The notes under the pieces were generated by a model. The model saw only the letters and a program-made list of their open reading frames with translations, had not been told where the DNA came from and did no database searches. A program made the position numbers and the translations under genes. From Lama guanicoe (Eukaryota), in assembly GCA_013239625.1 (NCBI GenBank), contig MU054049.1:259015-323014 (forward strand): 64,000 nt of DNA. The letters run 5' to 3'. Shown here piece after piece: positions 51,153 to 63,679 of this stretch. Each line of letters starts with the position of its first letter. Positions within the stretch are counted from its first letter, which is position 1.

Positions 51153-52827
51153 TCATGCTGAAGATGCAGCATCGCTCACAGGCATACTTCGCTGCTGAGG
51201 GTGACCAGGGGAGACAGGGTGTGTGTGCGCACACCATTTCCTTCCCTCTGTCTCACACACACACACATACTGATGCTCCTCTTGGGGACCTCTCTGCCCA
51301 CTGGCAGTACTAACCATCCAGTCACGTAGCCAACAAATACATAAGCACCTAATGCATGCAGACACTGGCCCAGACTCACCTCATCCGGGGTGGCCCCCCA
51401 GTCTTCACTCCCTGTCTTCAATTTGCTATGGAGTCCTCTTGTCCTGCCTCCAATGGTCCCCTCCCCTCCATGTCATCACACCCCCACCGGGTCAAGGGCT
51501 CAGTGCTCAACTAGTCACCTTGTCTCTGTGGTCCCTGCACCCACCCATCCTGCACCCTGCCCCGCACTCCATACGCTGCTCCCAAGCCTCCAGGGCCTCC
51601 ATTGCGGCAGGTAAGGCCTCAGGTGGGAAGATCAGCCCACGCATGCGCCTCCGACTCCCTCACTCATCCACCCTCTCCGCAAACCACAGCATCAAGTCCT
51701 GAGATCACCTCCTACCTTCAGCCTCACAGACACCGCCACAGCCCCTCCTCACCTGCCAGGTCCACCCTGCTTTATACACCCACACCCGCCTCGCCCCCCC
51801 TGCCCATGGGCAGACCCCCTCCCCACCCTTTCTCTTCCTCACTCTTGGGCCACAAGTAACCCGTCACCACTTGCCTGTGCATGTGAGACCCCACTCTCAG
51901 AAGCACCCCCTCGCCCCGAGTTCAGGGCTCTGCAGGGAAAGGAAGAACATGACAGAGACGACCCCAGGCCACCACCCAGTTTCCCAGGAGAAGCCTGAGG
52001 CATTCATTCAGAGGGGAGCGCGGGTCCTGCAGGCGGGCAGCGGCCGGCCGCCAGGGCCCCACGTCCCGGGGGTGAGACGGGCGACCAGCAAGACCATTGT
52101 TCATGCCTGGGCTACTGGAGCCCCTCCTCTGTTTGCAGAGGCAGTGGGAATACAAGACCTTGTACCCAGGGGTCCAGGGGCCCGTTTGAGCAGCTCCCCT
52201 CAAGCAGAAGTTTCCCACATTGCCTTCCAGCCAGGGCACCACACCAACTTCTCCCACCTCCCCAGCAACGCCAGCCTCCAGCTCGCTTGGCGCTGTGTCC
52301 GTGGAGCCCAGGGGAAGGCCTAGGAGCGGGGAGGGAGGTGGCAGGGGCTAACAGGCCGGCCGGGCTCCTGGAAAGTGGTGGCCCTTCCTGTGAGCAGACC
52401 TCTGGCCCTCAGACCACCTCTCCCCACCACCCAGAGACAGACTGGCCTGGCCACCGCAGCAGGGCCTCATGCTCCCTGAGCTCGTGGTCCTTGGAGGCCA
52501 TGGCTGCCGTGGTCCTTGGAGGCTCAGTGCCACCTGCAGAAGCCCCCTCTGAAGGGGCGTCTCTCACCAGGCCTGGATACATGGGTGGCTATTCACAGGC
52601 ACCCATGGGGCATGGCTGGTTCCAGGAGCCTCTAAGCCCACCCCGCCTGCCCGCACAGCTGATGAGGCCAGTCTCCAGGCCTGCTCACCCTTAGGACCAC
52701 CCTGCTAAGACCTTGTCCCTGTTTCCTCGGACCTTTGATTTCTTCTTCTTTTAGCCCAGCTCCTCCACTAGGCTCGGTCCATGGGCTTCAGAATCTGGCC
52801 TTGACCTCCAGCTCACCCCAGAACTAT

Positions 52828-52857
52828 GACTTGGACTTGGACTTGGATTTGGACTTG
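52828..52857. repeat. (GACTTG)5 tandem repeat
   Basis: gacttg gacttg gacttg gatttg gacttg. Confidence 0.9.
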
Positions 52858-55800
52858 GTCCTTTGGGCTTTTCTGCCCAGTGCATGCTCAGATGGGCCAC
52901 CTGGAGCTAATTTGGGCCTCTCAGGACCCGTTGCCTCTGGCAGCTAGTGTTCCAGACAGAGAAATGTTCTGGAGGAGGGAGGGGAGCAGAGAGATGTGCA
53001 GGACTCGGGTCCTGGAGCAGCAGACGCTGAACTTACCACATGACCCCTGGCAGGGCCTCAGACCGGATTCCATCCTCCTGCATCCCTTTGGGGTACCAGT
53101 TCCCGTACACGCCTGAGGAGGGGAGACTGTCCAGAGGGATGTGGAACTCCTCTCCCACACGGCCACGGAGCACATTCTGAGGAGGCTGTGGACTGCGACT
53201 GTTCTCAGGTCTCACTGAACCTTAGCGCTGGGGCTACCTTCCCTCCTGCCCTTCATCCTGCTAAGTATAGGGTTGTCCAACAGAGGGCTAAAGAGGCCTG
53301 AGGGTAGAAAGACTCTGGGAGGAAGCAGTGGAGAAGGCAAGCCACTGTAATCAAAACAGAGAGGCATCAGTGGGAATGAGAAGAAAGAGGGTAAGCCTGA
53401 GAAGAAGGATCAAGTAGGCTCTAGAAAGAACCCTGTGCTGTTCCATGGCTGAGTCCAGTGGCTGTGGTCCCCAGGAGGTAGAGCCAAAACCCAGGGGTCG
53501 GCAAGACCTGTGATCAAGCAGGACCCAAAAGGCAGCAGGTGGCTCCCAGGGGGAGCCGTCTCTGCAATCCCAGTGCTCTGTGTCTTCCCGAGGAATTCCA
53601 GTCCGGAGCGCAGGCGCTGTGAAGGGCCAGGCTGGCCCACCTCTTAGGGGAGATGTCCTGGTCAGTGGGAGGGGCAAGCCTCCAGGTTCTCCCCTCATCC
53701 CCCAATTTTCCAGACCTCCTCATCCCCTGGTCACCACACCGCTTCCAGGGACTCCCAGGACGTGCTGTGAGGCCCCTCTGTAGACATGCCTCAGAGATTC
53801 AGAGTCCCTTTAAAATATGATGTTAAAAAGTACTGCCCGCCCCTCACCCAGCCCCCACGCAGAGGTGGACAAATTCTCTGCATGCATGTCATTCCATAGC
53901 TCGGTCTCATCAAGGAGAGACAGCAGCTGACATAGGACATCAGAACCACCCGTGACCCTGTGCTCAGCTCAGATGAGGTGGGGTGCCCCACAGCCCCCAT
54001 GGCTCTGCCTGGCTCTTTGGTTCCACCCTTTGGTTGTCCCCTCTCGGATCTAGGATAGCAGCTTCAGTTTGGACCAAGGCCCTGACTGCTCTCTCCTCTC
54101 TGGACGCTGCTGGAGGAAGTTCATCAGAGATACATTCTCATTAGAGGGGATGCCCAGGGGCAGCTGCTGCTGCAGGGGACGTCCAGGGCTCCCCAGAGAT
54201 GGGGCGTGGAGCACAGATGGGCCAGGAGTTCTGCCCTGAGCAGCAGTACCCCCAAGGGCCCAGCATCTCTGGGGTTCCCTCCTCCCCTCTCTCTGTGTCT
54301 GCTCTCTGCCAGGCAGGCTGTGAGCTCGGAGACTCACACTCATGGAACCCTACTGCCAGGTCATGACAAGGTTCACCAGTGGTCAGTGCCTGGGAGGCTG
54401 CCTGCTGGAGGCTCCGGGCACCAGCTCACCCCAGGCTCAGCCCTTCCCGCAGAAAACACAGGAAACTCCAGGCACTGGGTGTGTGTGGATACTAACATGT
54501 CTATTCCAATTTCTTCAGGAGTGTGAAAAGAATTTTACATGACAGCTCAATTTTCTTTCAACAGGTGGGGTGAGCTGTGCAGGGCACATCCCTGATGCCA
54601 AACATCTGGATCCAACAGTGAAAAAGCTGCCCTTCATTTGGATCATCCCTAATATCCAGATGTCGGGCACCAGAGAACTCAAATTTCCACACGAGGACTT
54701 TGGGTTCTGAAGCAGGAAGGACCTCAGAGGCCCTCAGGGAGGTGGTTGTCACTTTGCAGGTGAGCGGGCACACACGGACCCACTTCCGTGACACAGCACT
54801 GACCAGGCAGAATCAGGAGGCCCTAAGAGGGACTAAAAAACTGAAAGCCTCCTGTGCGCCTCCTGGGTCACCTGTCACTGTAGAAAATTCACCTGTGAGT
54901 GCTCGGCACACAGCGGTGCTCATTAAAGGCTGGAAGGTGTCCACTGACTTGAGGTCAAGTGGAGGAGCGCAGCCTTCCTTGCAGGCTAGATCCCCATCTG
55001 TGCTGCGCCTACACGTGTGCCTGCCTCGCCTAAAACGAGGAGGGAATTGCATCAGAACAACTGGAAAGCTTCTCCCTGGTCCCCTGCCAAGTGGCTGGAT
55101 GCCAGAGCTGCGATTCAGGGCATCCCTGCCAAGTTTCCAGGCTCTTGTCATCCTCCCACCTGCCCAGGGGGAAAACCCCTGCACTTTCTCACTTCTTTTG
55201 AGACAGATTAGTTGGAAGAGAGTTGGCTCCCCTCTAAGATGAGGCTGATTTTCTCTACACGTGTTTTTTTGGAAGGGGGAACAAATGATTTTCCTTCTTT
55301 TCCATGGGATGCTGGTGATGGGCTCTCGGGGAGGTGCTGCAAGGCACCTGTCGCTCACTCCTGGGGCCGAGCGGAGACGATGCGAACTGCCAGCTGTTGT
55401 GCGCTCTGCGATTAAAAAGAGGAAAGTCCACTCGAGTTCTCTGAAGTCCGGCAGCAGCGTCTTGCAGGAGATATGGCAGGGTTGGTGGTGCCTTGAATGT
55501 GCAAGTGCCAAAGACGAAGTGGAAGGACAGATGGCACCACTGAGCCAGGAGGGCACCTGTCCACGAGCCCCAGGTCCTGTGCTCCTGGGAATTCCAGCTT
55601 GGGCCGAGGGGGAGCCAGGCACTCACACAGCAGCTGAGCCTGAGAGCTGCCTGGACTGGCTCCCTGTCCTAGAGAGAGGGCGAGGTAGAGCCCTTGTTGG
55701 GAGGCGAGGCTGCCTGCGTGGCTGGAGGGGTTTATGTCCAGTGAGGTGAACTGACCATTCATGGGCTCAGCAAGCATCCTTTGAAGGCTCCTGAAGGGAC

Positions 55801-56129
55801 AGCACCACCATGCTGGCATCTCTCCTTTTTCGGGGAAAATCACACAAGAGTCGCACCAAGGGTCCCCTTAATGCACTGGAGCACCAAATGAGGATCACCC
55901 CTGGGCTGCCCCCGGATCTGGAGAGAGGGGCAACACATGACCACGCCATCCCTGAGTGAACCCTTGATCCCCTGGGGCCAGGAGAGCCCCCAGGAGGAGG
56001 GGGCTCCTCAGCTGAGCTTCACGAGGTGACCTTCAAGGACAAGATCTGTTCCTCCCACACGCAGGTCTCCGCAGAGGGGCTAAAAACAAGAAAGAAAATC
56101 ATGCAGCTCAGCTTTACAGACCAGCTCAC

Positions 56130-56720
56130 ACTGGGCAGAGGCTAAAGGAACGTATGTCCCCTATTCCTATTTCTAGAACACTCTGGTCCCTCCCCTCCTT
56201 CAAATCCGAGGTCTTCCTCACCCTCAACACAAACACATACTCCCCCTCCCCCTCCCCACTCCACCACTTCCTCCGGGCCGTCTCCCCACTGACAGCATGT
56301 ACTTGACTCCTGTGTGTCACTTGCTGTCAGTCCTCCCTTCCGCTAGCAACATATTCTGCTTTCGTGATGTTTACTTGGGCCCAAGTGCAGTGCTAAGTTC
56401 TTTCCATGTGTTAAATCATTTGATTCACTCTGCACCTTCTGTGAGGCAGGTACGACCCATCTGTAAGATTACAGATGGGGAAACAGGGGCCCAAAGATGC
56501 TAAGTGGCTTGCCTGAATCGACCAGCTGGTAAAGGGCAGGGCACGGAGTGAGTCCCGCCCTGTCTGGCCCCAGGGGCTGTCCCGTTAACCCCTGGGCTTT
56601 AAAATCTCTACAATGTACATTGTCTAAGGACCAGGGTTCTTGTCTGCTATCTATGATGAAGTGTTCCCAGAACCTGAAACAGTGTAAGGGCTTCATAGAT
56701 ATTTGTCAAGTTAATGAATT
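56130..56720 (+). mobile_element. L2 3' end with a minus-strand MIR (~56345-56600) inside it
   Basis: L2 tail cccagaacctgaaacagtg..catagatatttgtcaagttaatgaat. MIR text acagatggggaaacaggggcccaaagatgctaagtggcttgcc. Confidence 0.7.
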
Positions 56721-57514
56721 TATATCACCTCCCCCCCCCCCCCCCCGCCCCCCTACCTTGGGTTCACAGCCTCTGACACCCCTGCGGGGCACCAAGAGAC
56801 CGTTGTCACCGAGGAAGCACTGAAAGCACGCTGGGTTCATCTGGGAGGCGTCCCCACCTTCCATATCAGAAGCTCCCGGGGCCTGTGACAGCAGTGCACA
56901 CGTGCCGCCGAGTCAGGGCCAGGATGTCATGAGAGGAGGCAGTGTCCAAGTTGGGAGCAAGGCCCGTGGACCAAGTAGCAAAGGAGAGCATGGGGCTGGA
57001 GGCACCTCACTGCCCTCCTGTCCTCTCATTCACACCTCTCTCCACCTCCCACCACAGCCTAGAAGTCCAAAACCTCATTGAGGAGAGAACAGTGTGTCTC
57101 TTTGTAAACTTTGGGGTGATGGAGGGAGTGAAAAATGGTTAAAACTGGTGTTGAATCCCAACTCCTCCCTTAGAAGCTGTGTGATCTTGAGTGAGTGTCC
57201 CAACCTCTCTGAGCCAGATAACTCTGGATCTATAGGGCCAGGCTCCAAGCCCATCTGCTGATCAGGTTTCTGCCTGAGAAGTAACTTTCTAACACTAGGA
57301 CATACACATGGGTGTCTTATTCTCCAGGCTTGTGTCCTGGGCCAATTTTGACCTGAGTCTCCCTGGATGTCTGAAGTCCTCCTTGTCACTGTCCTCCAGA
57401 GAGCCCTGTCTGCCCTTCCTCAGTGCTATCTTTTATGTAAAGTACAAGGCCAGCTACAAAAGTGTCTTTGGCCAGCCTCAGTTTCTAAAATCTTACCATG
57501 CTTCTTAAAGTAAG

Positions 57515-57550
57515 TGGACAACTGGACAACTGGACAAGTATTGGACAACT
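57515..57550. repeat. (TGGACAAC)n short tandem repeat
   Basis: tggacaac tggacaac tggacaag tat tggacaac. Confidence 0.85.
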
Positions 57551-58033
57551 TTATCAGAAGTTACCTTAAATCATGGTGGGGTGTACCCAGCTCCCAATTT
57601 TTCAGCATTAAAATTCATTTCAATTTTGAAAAGGCTGTAGTGAATCCCTTTTGAAAATTCACCAGCAAGTACTCAGGGGACTTTTGAATTTGCCCAACAG
57701 GGAGGCCTCTCCTCTTTAAAGGGTTTCAGATTTAGGTACTTTTTTTCCTAGGGCAGGGGGAAGAAATTTCTTCCAACATTGACTGACAGTGAAGCTGGTG
57801 CCTAGGTCAGGATGTCCACTTCACTTCAGGAAACCAAAATGTCTTGAGACATGGAAATCTTTTTCAACAAACAACCCGCTATTGCAAATTTGCTTTGTAA
57901 AAAAGAAAAATACACATTTCCATAATCTGTTTCAAGTTCAATGGTAACTTTATGCAAAAAAAAAAAAGACCGTCTGGATACCATGAAACTCAACATGAGT
58001 GAGTGTTGGTTTAGCAAGTGAGCTTAGATTTCT

Positions 58034-58188
58034 TTTTTTTTTTTTAAAGTTTTTTAAATTTTACATTTTTTGAGAGGGGTAATTAAGTTTATTTATTTAC
58101 TTATTATTTCTGGTGAAGGTACCAAGGATTGAACCCAGGACCTCATGCATGCTAGGCACCCACTCTACCACTGAGCTAACCTCCCCCC
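58034..58188 (-). mobile_element. tRNA-derived SINE, camelid vic-1-like
   Basis: T tail followed by ggattgaacccaggacctcatgcatgctaggcacccactctaccactgagcta. TSD agcttagatttct (58021-58033)/agcttagatctct (58192-58204). Confidence 0.9.
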
Positions 58189-61100
58189 ACAAGCTTAGAT
58201 CTCTTGATACCCTTTTTTTGTTGTTAACCAGAAGTGAGTTAACTTCTTGAGAGCCTTATGCAATGGGAAATAAAAGATGTGGTAAAGATTGACATAAAAT
58301 AACAATTTCCATGTATGGAAAGTCTACAGTTGCTTACCAGGAGGGCCTGTGATTTTGTGGAAACCACCAGGCAACCTTAGTTTCTTGCTTGGAAAACTGG
58401 GGATGATGAAATTTACATTTCAGGGTTGTTTATTTATTCATTCAACAAACATCGGTCACGACTTCCACATTCTAGGTGAGCTCCCTACAGCAAGTGCCCA
58501 TGTCGCCAAGCCAGAATGTCAGCTCAGGGCTGTGGGTCCTTACGCCGACTCTCAGTGACAGCATGCTGTGTCCACCTTTGAGGACAGCCCTTCCTCCCTC
58601 TCTCCCTCCTTCCCTCCCTCCCTCCACGACTCCATGGTGAGCATCCAGTGGTCACCAGGCCAGGGACGCTGCTCTAGGACTTGGTGATGCAGCAGTGAGC
58701 CGAGTCCCCGTTCTCCTGCTGCTGCTGATCTAGGGCGAGAGGAGAGATGTGACAGAAATACACACAAAAGAATCCCCTCTGCTCTGCACACGATCCTCAC
58801 CCGTGGAACCCGGGCAAGGGTGCTGACCACATTGGGCCTTCCTCCCTTCTCATCAGCCCAGGCTGCCCGGGCAAGGCGCTCAGGTGGGGAAATCACACCA
58901 AAGCGCTGACTCAGCACCTCACCAGCCTCCAGACTCAGCTGAGGGAGCTCCGTGGGGCCCAAGGATAGTGGCCACGGCCGCCGTCCAGAGTCCAGGCGGG
59001 TCTGAGCAGCACCTACCCTCGAAGTGGGCAGAGCAGCAGAAGGAGGAGGGAGGAGGAGAGGGACCAGCCGCATGTCCATCCACCGCCCTTTGCTGGTGGA
59101 GGCAGGTCCCCGGTGTGGTGATAGGGCGGGACTGGGAATGGACCCAGCTCCAAGGAAGGGTGTGGGGCCATTTCACACAGCCTGGGACAGGCTCATCTTG
59201 CAACCTGGCAGGCAGAGTGAGCACTCTGGTGCCCGAACATGGGCCTGGCCCGCGGTGGGGCGTATTAGGGGACTGAGGCCAGTGCCCACCTGCCACTCAG
59301 GATGGGGCATGACCTACAGCCCAGTGCCAAACAGACAGCAGTGTGGCATGGGGGTGCAGCTGAGCAGACAGGTAAAAGGAGGACCTGAGGTGAGCCCAGC
59401 TCTCAGGACTCGGAGCAGCTGCACCATCAAAGTGGTTCTTAAGTGCATTTTTGCCACCAGACAATCTTAGGTTCAAATCCCACTTCTGCCCCTCTCCTCT
59501 GAGGGTGGGACTTCCCGCACGTTTACTGGCCAGAGGTGTCACATGGGAACGGTGACACATGCCACACAAGGCTGTCTTGAGAATTGATGAAATGCTGAAA
59601 TTTAAAGCTCTAGCTACAGCAAGGTGGTATTACTAGCAGGCCAGTCTGCACAGCCGGACCGTCCTCCCCCCAGGCAGCCATCGGACAACCCTGGGTGGGG
59701 ATGCTGTGCTGGGCCGGCACGTTCTCATGCTGCCCACCTACTATGGACTGTTTATGTTAATGCCACAGCTCTAAAATATTATCACTGGAGGCCATGAGAT
59801 TCCAAAGAGAGCTTCCTTTCCAGAGCCAAAGCTGTCTATAATTAGCGTAAGTTTCCATAAGCATTGCAAAGAGGCGGGAGCAGCTGCCGGGCGAGCTAGG
59901 TTTGTTAATGTAAGGCATTCCTGGGGCTTCTGTGCGGTCCAGGCGCTGCTCCCCCATCCCCCGTGTCCCTGGATCCTGCCCTGCGCAGCCACCAAGACCT
60001 CATTAAGGGATTAGCAACATTGGCGGTGCAATGCCTTGGCTGTGGTCTCAAGAAATGCTGAGCTCTCTTCTCTGTCCCCTCTGTCCCTTATCAGTGGCCT
60101 CTGAGTCATGTTTGTGCTAGGGAAATCAAAGCTGGGCTTGGGCGGAAATTATGGACCACTGGTGTCACACACTAATTAAAGATGCTGGGGCCAAACATTA
60201 GGGAGGGGACCAGACTTCTGTTCTCGGCCCCTCTGCTAATGGGATGTTGAAAAGCACTGCTGGGTGGGGCTGCAGGCTGAGAAAACCCACGTTGCCCAGG
60301 CCCATGGGGGAGAGAGGAAAGGGTGACGCAGGCCGCTGTGTCTCAGGAAAGATGACAGGTCTTGCTTCACCAAGTGCAGAAGGGAGGCGTTCCTATCTGG
60401 ACCCAGCGCCTGGGTCAAAAAGGATGCTGGTGCAGGAGCCGGCTGCGTGCTGTGAACACCCCAGGCAGTGGTTCACCTTCAATGGTCCTCCGCTTTCAGT
60501 GCAGGAGGGAGGCAGGAGCCCTGGGGGCGGGGAGGGGCAGATATTCTCAAGTCGATCGCAACGCATTTATGACCTAGGAGGATGTTTAGGACAATTCTGA
60601 GAGTCTCTATCTCTGTCGTTTAAAAAGCAGATTAAAATTCAAGCAATTCTGAATAATGGAAAATAGCCAGACAGACATACAGGGGAAAAAACAAAATGTA
60701 ATTCCGAACAGCTTCTCCTCTTGTTCTCTGTTTCGCAGGCTCTCAGCCCACTCAACTGTGAGCAGCTCCATCAAGATGCTCCTTCTCTGCTCCTGTCCCC
60801 AGTCAGGCAGGTGCAAGGTGAAAGCTGGGCTCATCTAAGTGAGCGGCTGTGCTCACAGCCTTGCACATGGGGTGAGATGACATCCCCAGGATCTGATCAC
60901 ATCTTCCTCTGCCTGCTGTACTCACTCAAGTCCCTCTTGTGACAAGGGGCCTTTGCCCAAGCCTCATCCCTTCAGATAAGGGTCTTACAGGCATCAGGAG
61001 GTCAACAGACCTGATCAGTAATCCCTGGGGTTCCCCAGAAAGCACATGAATTGGCACTAGGCTGCTCTCATGACTGGAGAGCTGGCCTTGGCATGATTCT

Positions 61101-63468
61101 CTGGGGACTCAGGGCGCAGCCACTACTACAAAAGCTGAGCAGGGTAGACATGGCTCTTCAATGTCTCCTCTCCCTGTGCCCTCTTGACCATGTCCCATAC
61201 ACTCCTCCATCCAGCAGTGAGCTTCACCAGGGTTGAAGGGCCAAGGTGGCAGGCCAGGGCAGCGATGCCAGTGTGGTAGCAGCAGTGGCCTGGACCACCC
61301 ACCCCCCTCCCTGGCTGACATTGGCAGCCACACCTGCCTTGACTCTTGCCCCTTCCCCAAGCCTGCGCACCGGGTTCTCTGTCACTTGCCTGATCTCCTC
61401 CAGTAAATTCAATTTCTACAGAAGTCAACTCAGGTCTGTGAAGAAACAGAGCTTGGAATGATGAGACGGCTCATCTAAAGCAACATGAATAGTTACAGGC
61501 CGACCTGGGATTCAATTCCAGCTCCTCTGAACCTAACAGACAAAAGCCCTTCCACGCATCCACACTGTCCCTCAAAGAGTGACATCACTTGTTCCAGAAT
61601 CTCAGAAATCAGCCACCACCCAGATGTGACTGGAGACATCCTGAGGCCCACCCTCACTCAGCCCCCAGCCAGGGCCTCCCTAATGACTTTTCTCAGGCCC
61701 AGGGCAGCCTCTTGCCCATCCTGCCTTCTTGGGAAACATGGTCAGATCCTTGGACTATGAAGTGGGTTCCAGAAATGAAAGTGGAGTTTTCAATCACATG
61801 TGGAACGGTGAGAAGGGGAGGGATGGGCTCAGAAGGTGCCAGTCAGCTTGAAGATGAGAAACCTCCCCCGTGGGCACCAGCCAGGAGGAGATGGGCAGGG
61901 GACTGAGTCCCTGGAGGACCTGAGACTAAGTCAAGGAATGGAGAAGGTGAGCCTGTGGTGACTTGTTATTATCTCAGAACAGGATGAGGAAGGGTTGGCC
62001 ACCGAGTGGGGCCATGTAGGTGGGGACCTGGGAGTGACCCGAGCCGAGGGGAGGCTGCATGGGGCAGCGCCCCTTGCCTACGCCCCTGCAGGGCTCCTGC
62101 ACACCTACTGGTCCAACACAAGTCTTGGGGCCTCAGATTTTTTTCAGATACCTGAGGCTTATCTCTCTGAGTCTAGGGATGTGTGGACAGGATGGGTCAG
62201 GACCTTATTCCTTCCTCTTGCTCCTGTCCAGTGCTGGGCTGAACAATGCACCAGACATTAGGGGGAAAAGGTCGGGCTTCTAAATTTGGGGACCCATGGG
62301 TCCTGATTTGCTGTTCAAGGCCAGGAGTCCCTGGCTCGTCCTCAAAAAGTGAGCATGACAGCCCCACACTAAGTCCTTACATATTTACATGACATAGGCC
62401 ATCATGAGCACCAGACAGACATGTTTACTGGACTTCTAATCATCTTATTTTAAACCACAGAAGTGAAAATAAATATGCTTTTTAAAAAAAATTCCTTTTA
62501 CTTGTTTTTGAAGAGACACTTAAGAAATTGTCTCATTTCCTCGGGCCTCCAAATTCCTGTTGAAAACTTGGACTGGGGGCTTGTAACATCCTTGTCGACT
62601 GTCCTTATTAATTCCACATTTTATTTAAATTGCACTTAGCACCTGCCTCCAATTACTCAGCTCTGGCAGAGAGCAGAGTTCTGATTAAATGTTCCGCCCG
62701 GCTCTCACACAGCATTACCCCAGGCGATGGCCCGGCCCAAGCAGGCCATCATCTGTCTTCATCAAGCTCTGTCCTCCTGCGCTCTGACAGCAGCTGCTCA
62801 GGAAATAATGAGGACGGCTAGCATGAAGGGGCTGAGATGCTAACGACAGCTTCCGTGGTACCCCGGGAGCGATTTGTATTCATTACTGTTCTCCCCAGTC
62901 CCTGTCCCTGGATTTGCATGGAGAGCAGGCACGGCGGGGCCGGGCCAGGCTGCCAAACCAGGGAGGCGGGAGGTTCATGGCCATGATGCTGATGACAGTG
63001 ATGATGAGATGAGGTGGCGGCCGCCGAGGCTGATACTGACACTGATGAACCCCGCCACTTCGGGAGCACCTGCCGTGACTTGGTACCGTGCCAACACGTG
63101 GCCCAATCCCCCCCGTGCCACGCCCAGAACAACTCGGGGAGACTGGTGTCCTCGGGTTCTCCATCCACTCACCAGCTGAGGAAGTGGAGATGGGCTCGTG
63201 ATTGCTTGCCCAGACAAACGCAGTCATGCCATTCTGTCTGAAGCCCACCACCTTCAGCTTCCTCAAAGCCTCTATAAAATGACCCTGCCCCTCACCTTTC
63301 CCTGCTGGGAGGTGCTCCCTGGGCCAATGGGGTTGGCTTCCTGGGGCCGCAGGGAGGCACTTGTGCTGGGTGACTCTCTGGTCGTGAGCTGTCCCCTCAA
63401 CCAAGGCCATTACCGATGGGTCTCTCTATTCAAACAGGATTAATTAGTGAGTGAATGAAATGTAGCTC

Positions 63469-63503
63469 TGTGTGTGTGTGTGTGTGCGCGCGCGCGTGCA
63501 TGT
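63469..63503. repeat. (TG)9(CG)5 alternating purine-pyrimidine tract
   Basis: Directly visible in the sequence. Confidence 0.95.
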
Positions 63504-63679
63504 CTGTGTAATGCTGCATTTTAGAACTGGAGTACGAGGAGGACTGTAGAATGAATGGAAGACACCACGATTCATGGGACTGGGGAGAGCCAGGTTGGAG
63601 CCACAGCATTCCTTTCAACACTGTGATCTTGGGCAAGTCCTTCATTGACTAAACCTGCGTCCCAGCCATGCCCCCAGGG

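Noticed and set aside
54565..54759. Plus-strand exon candidate (ttttctttcaacag ... cag|gtgagc)
   Set aside because: The long frame I translated stops before the donor, and I found no partner exons. Probably a pseudo-exon.
54813..55622. 269-aa ORF, and other 150-200 aa ORFs at 27214, 28254, 28458, 38445, 58552 and 62883
   Set aside because: No recognisable domain, Pro/Ser/Gly/Arg-biased composition, and overlapping ORFs in several frames, as expected in GC-rich non-coding DNA. Many also use non-ATG starts.
62582..62601. miR-30-like string tgtaacatccttgtcgactg
   Set aside because: It lacks the exact GTAAACA seed, carries an insertion, and has no complementary hairpin arm nearby.
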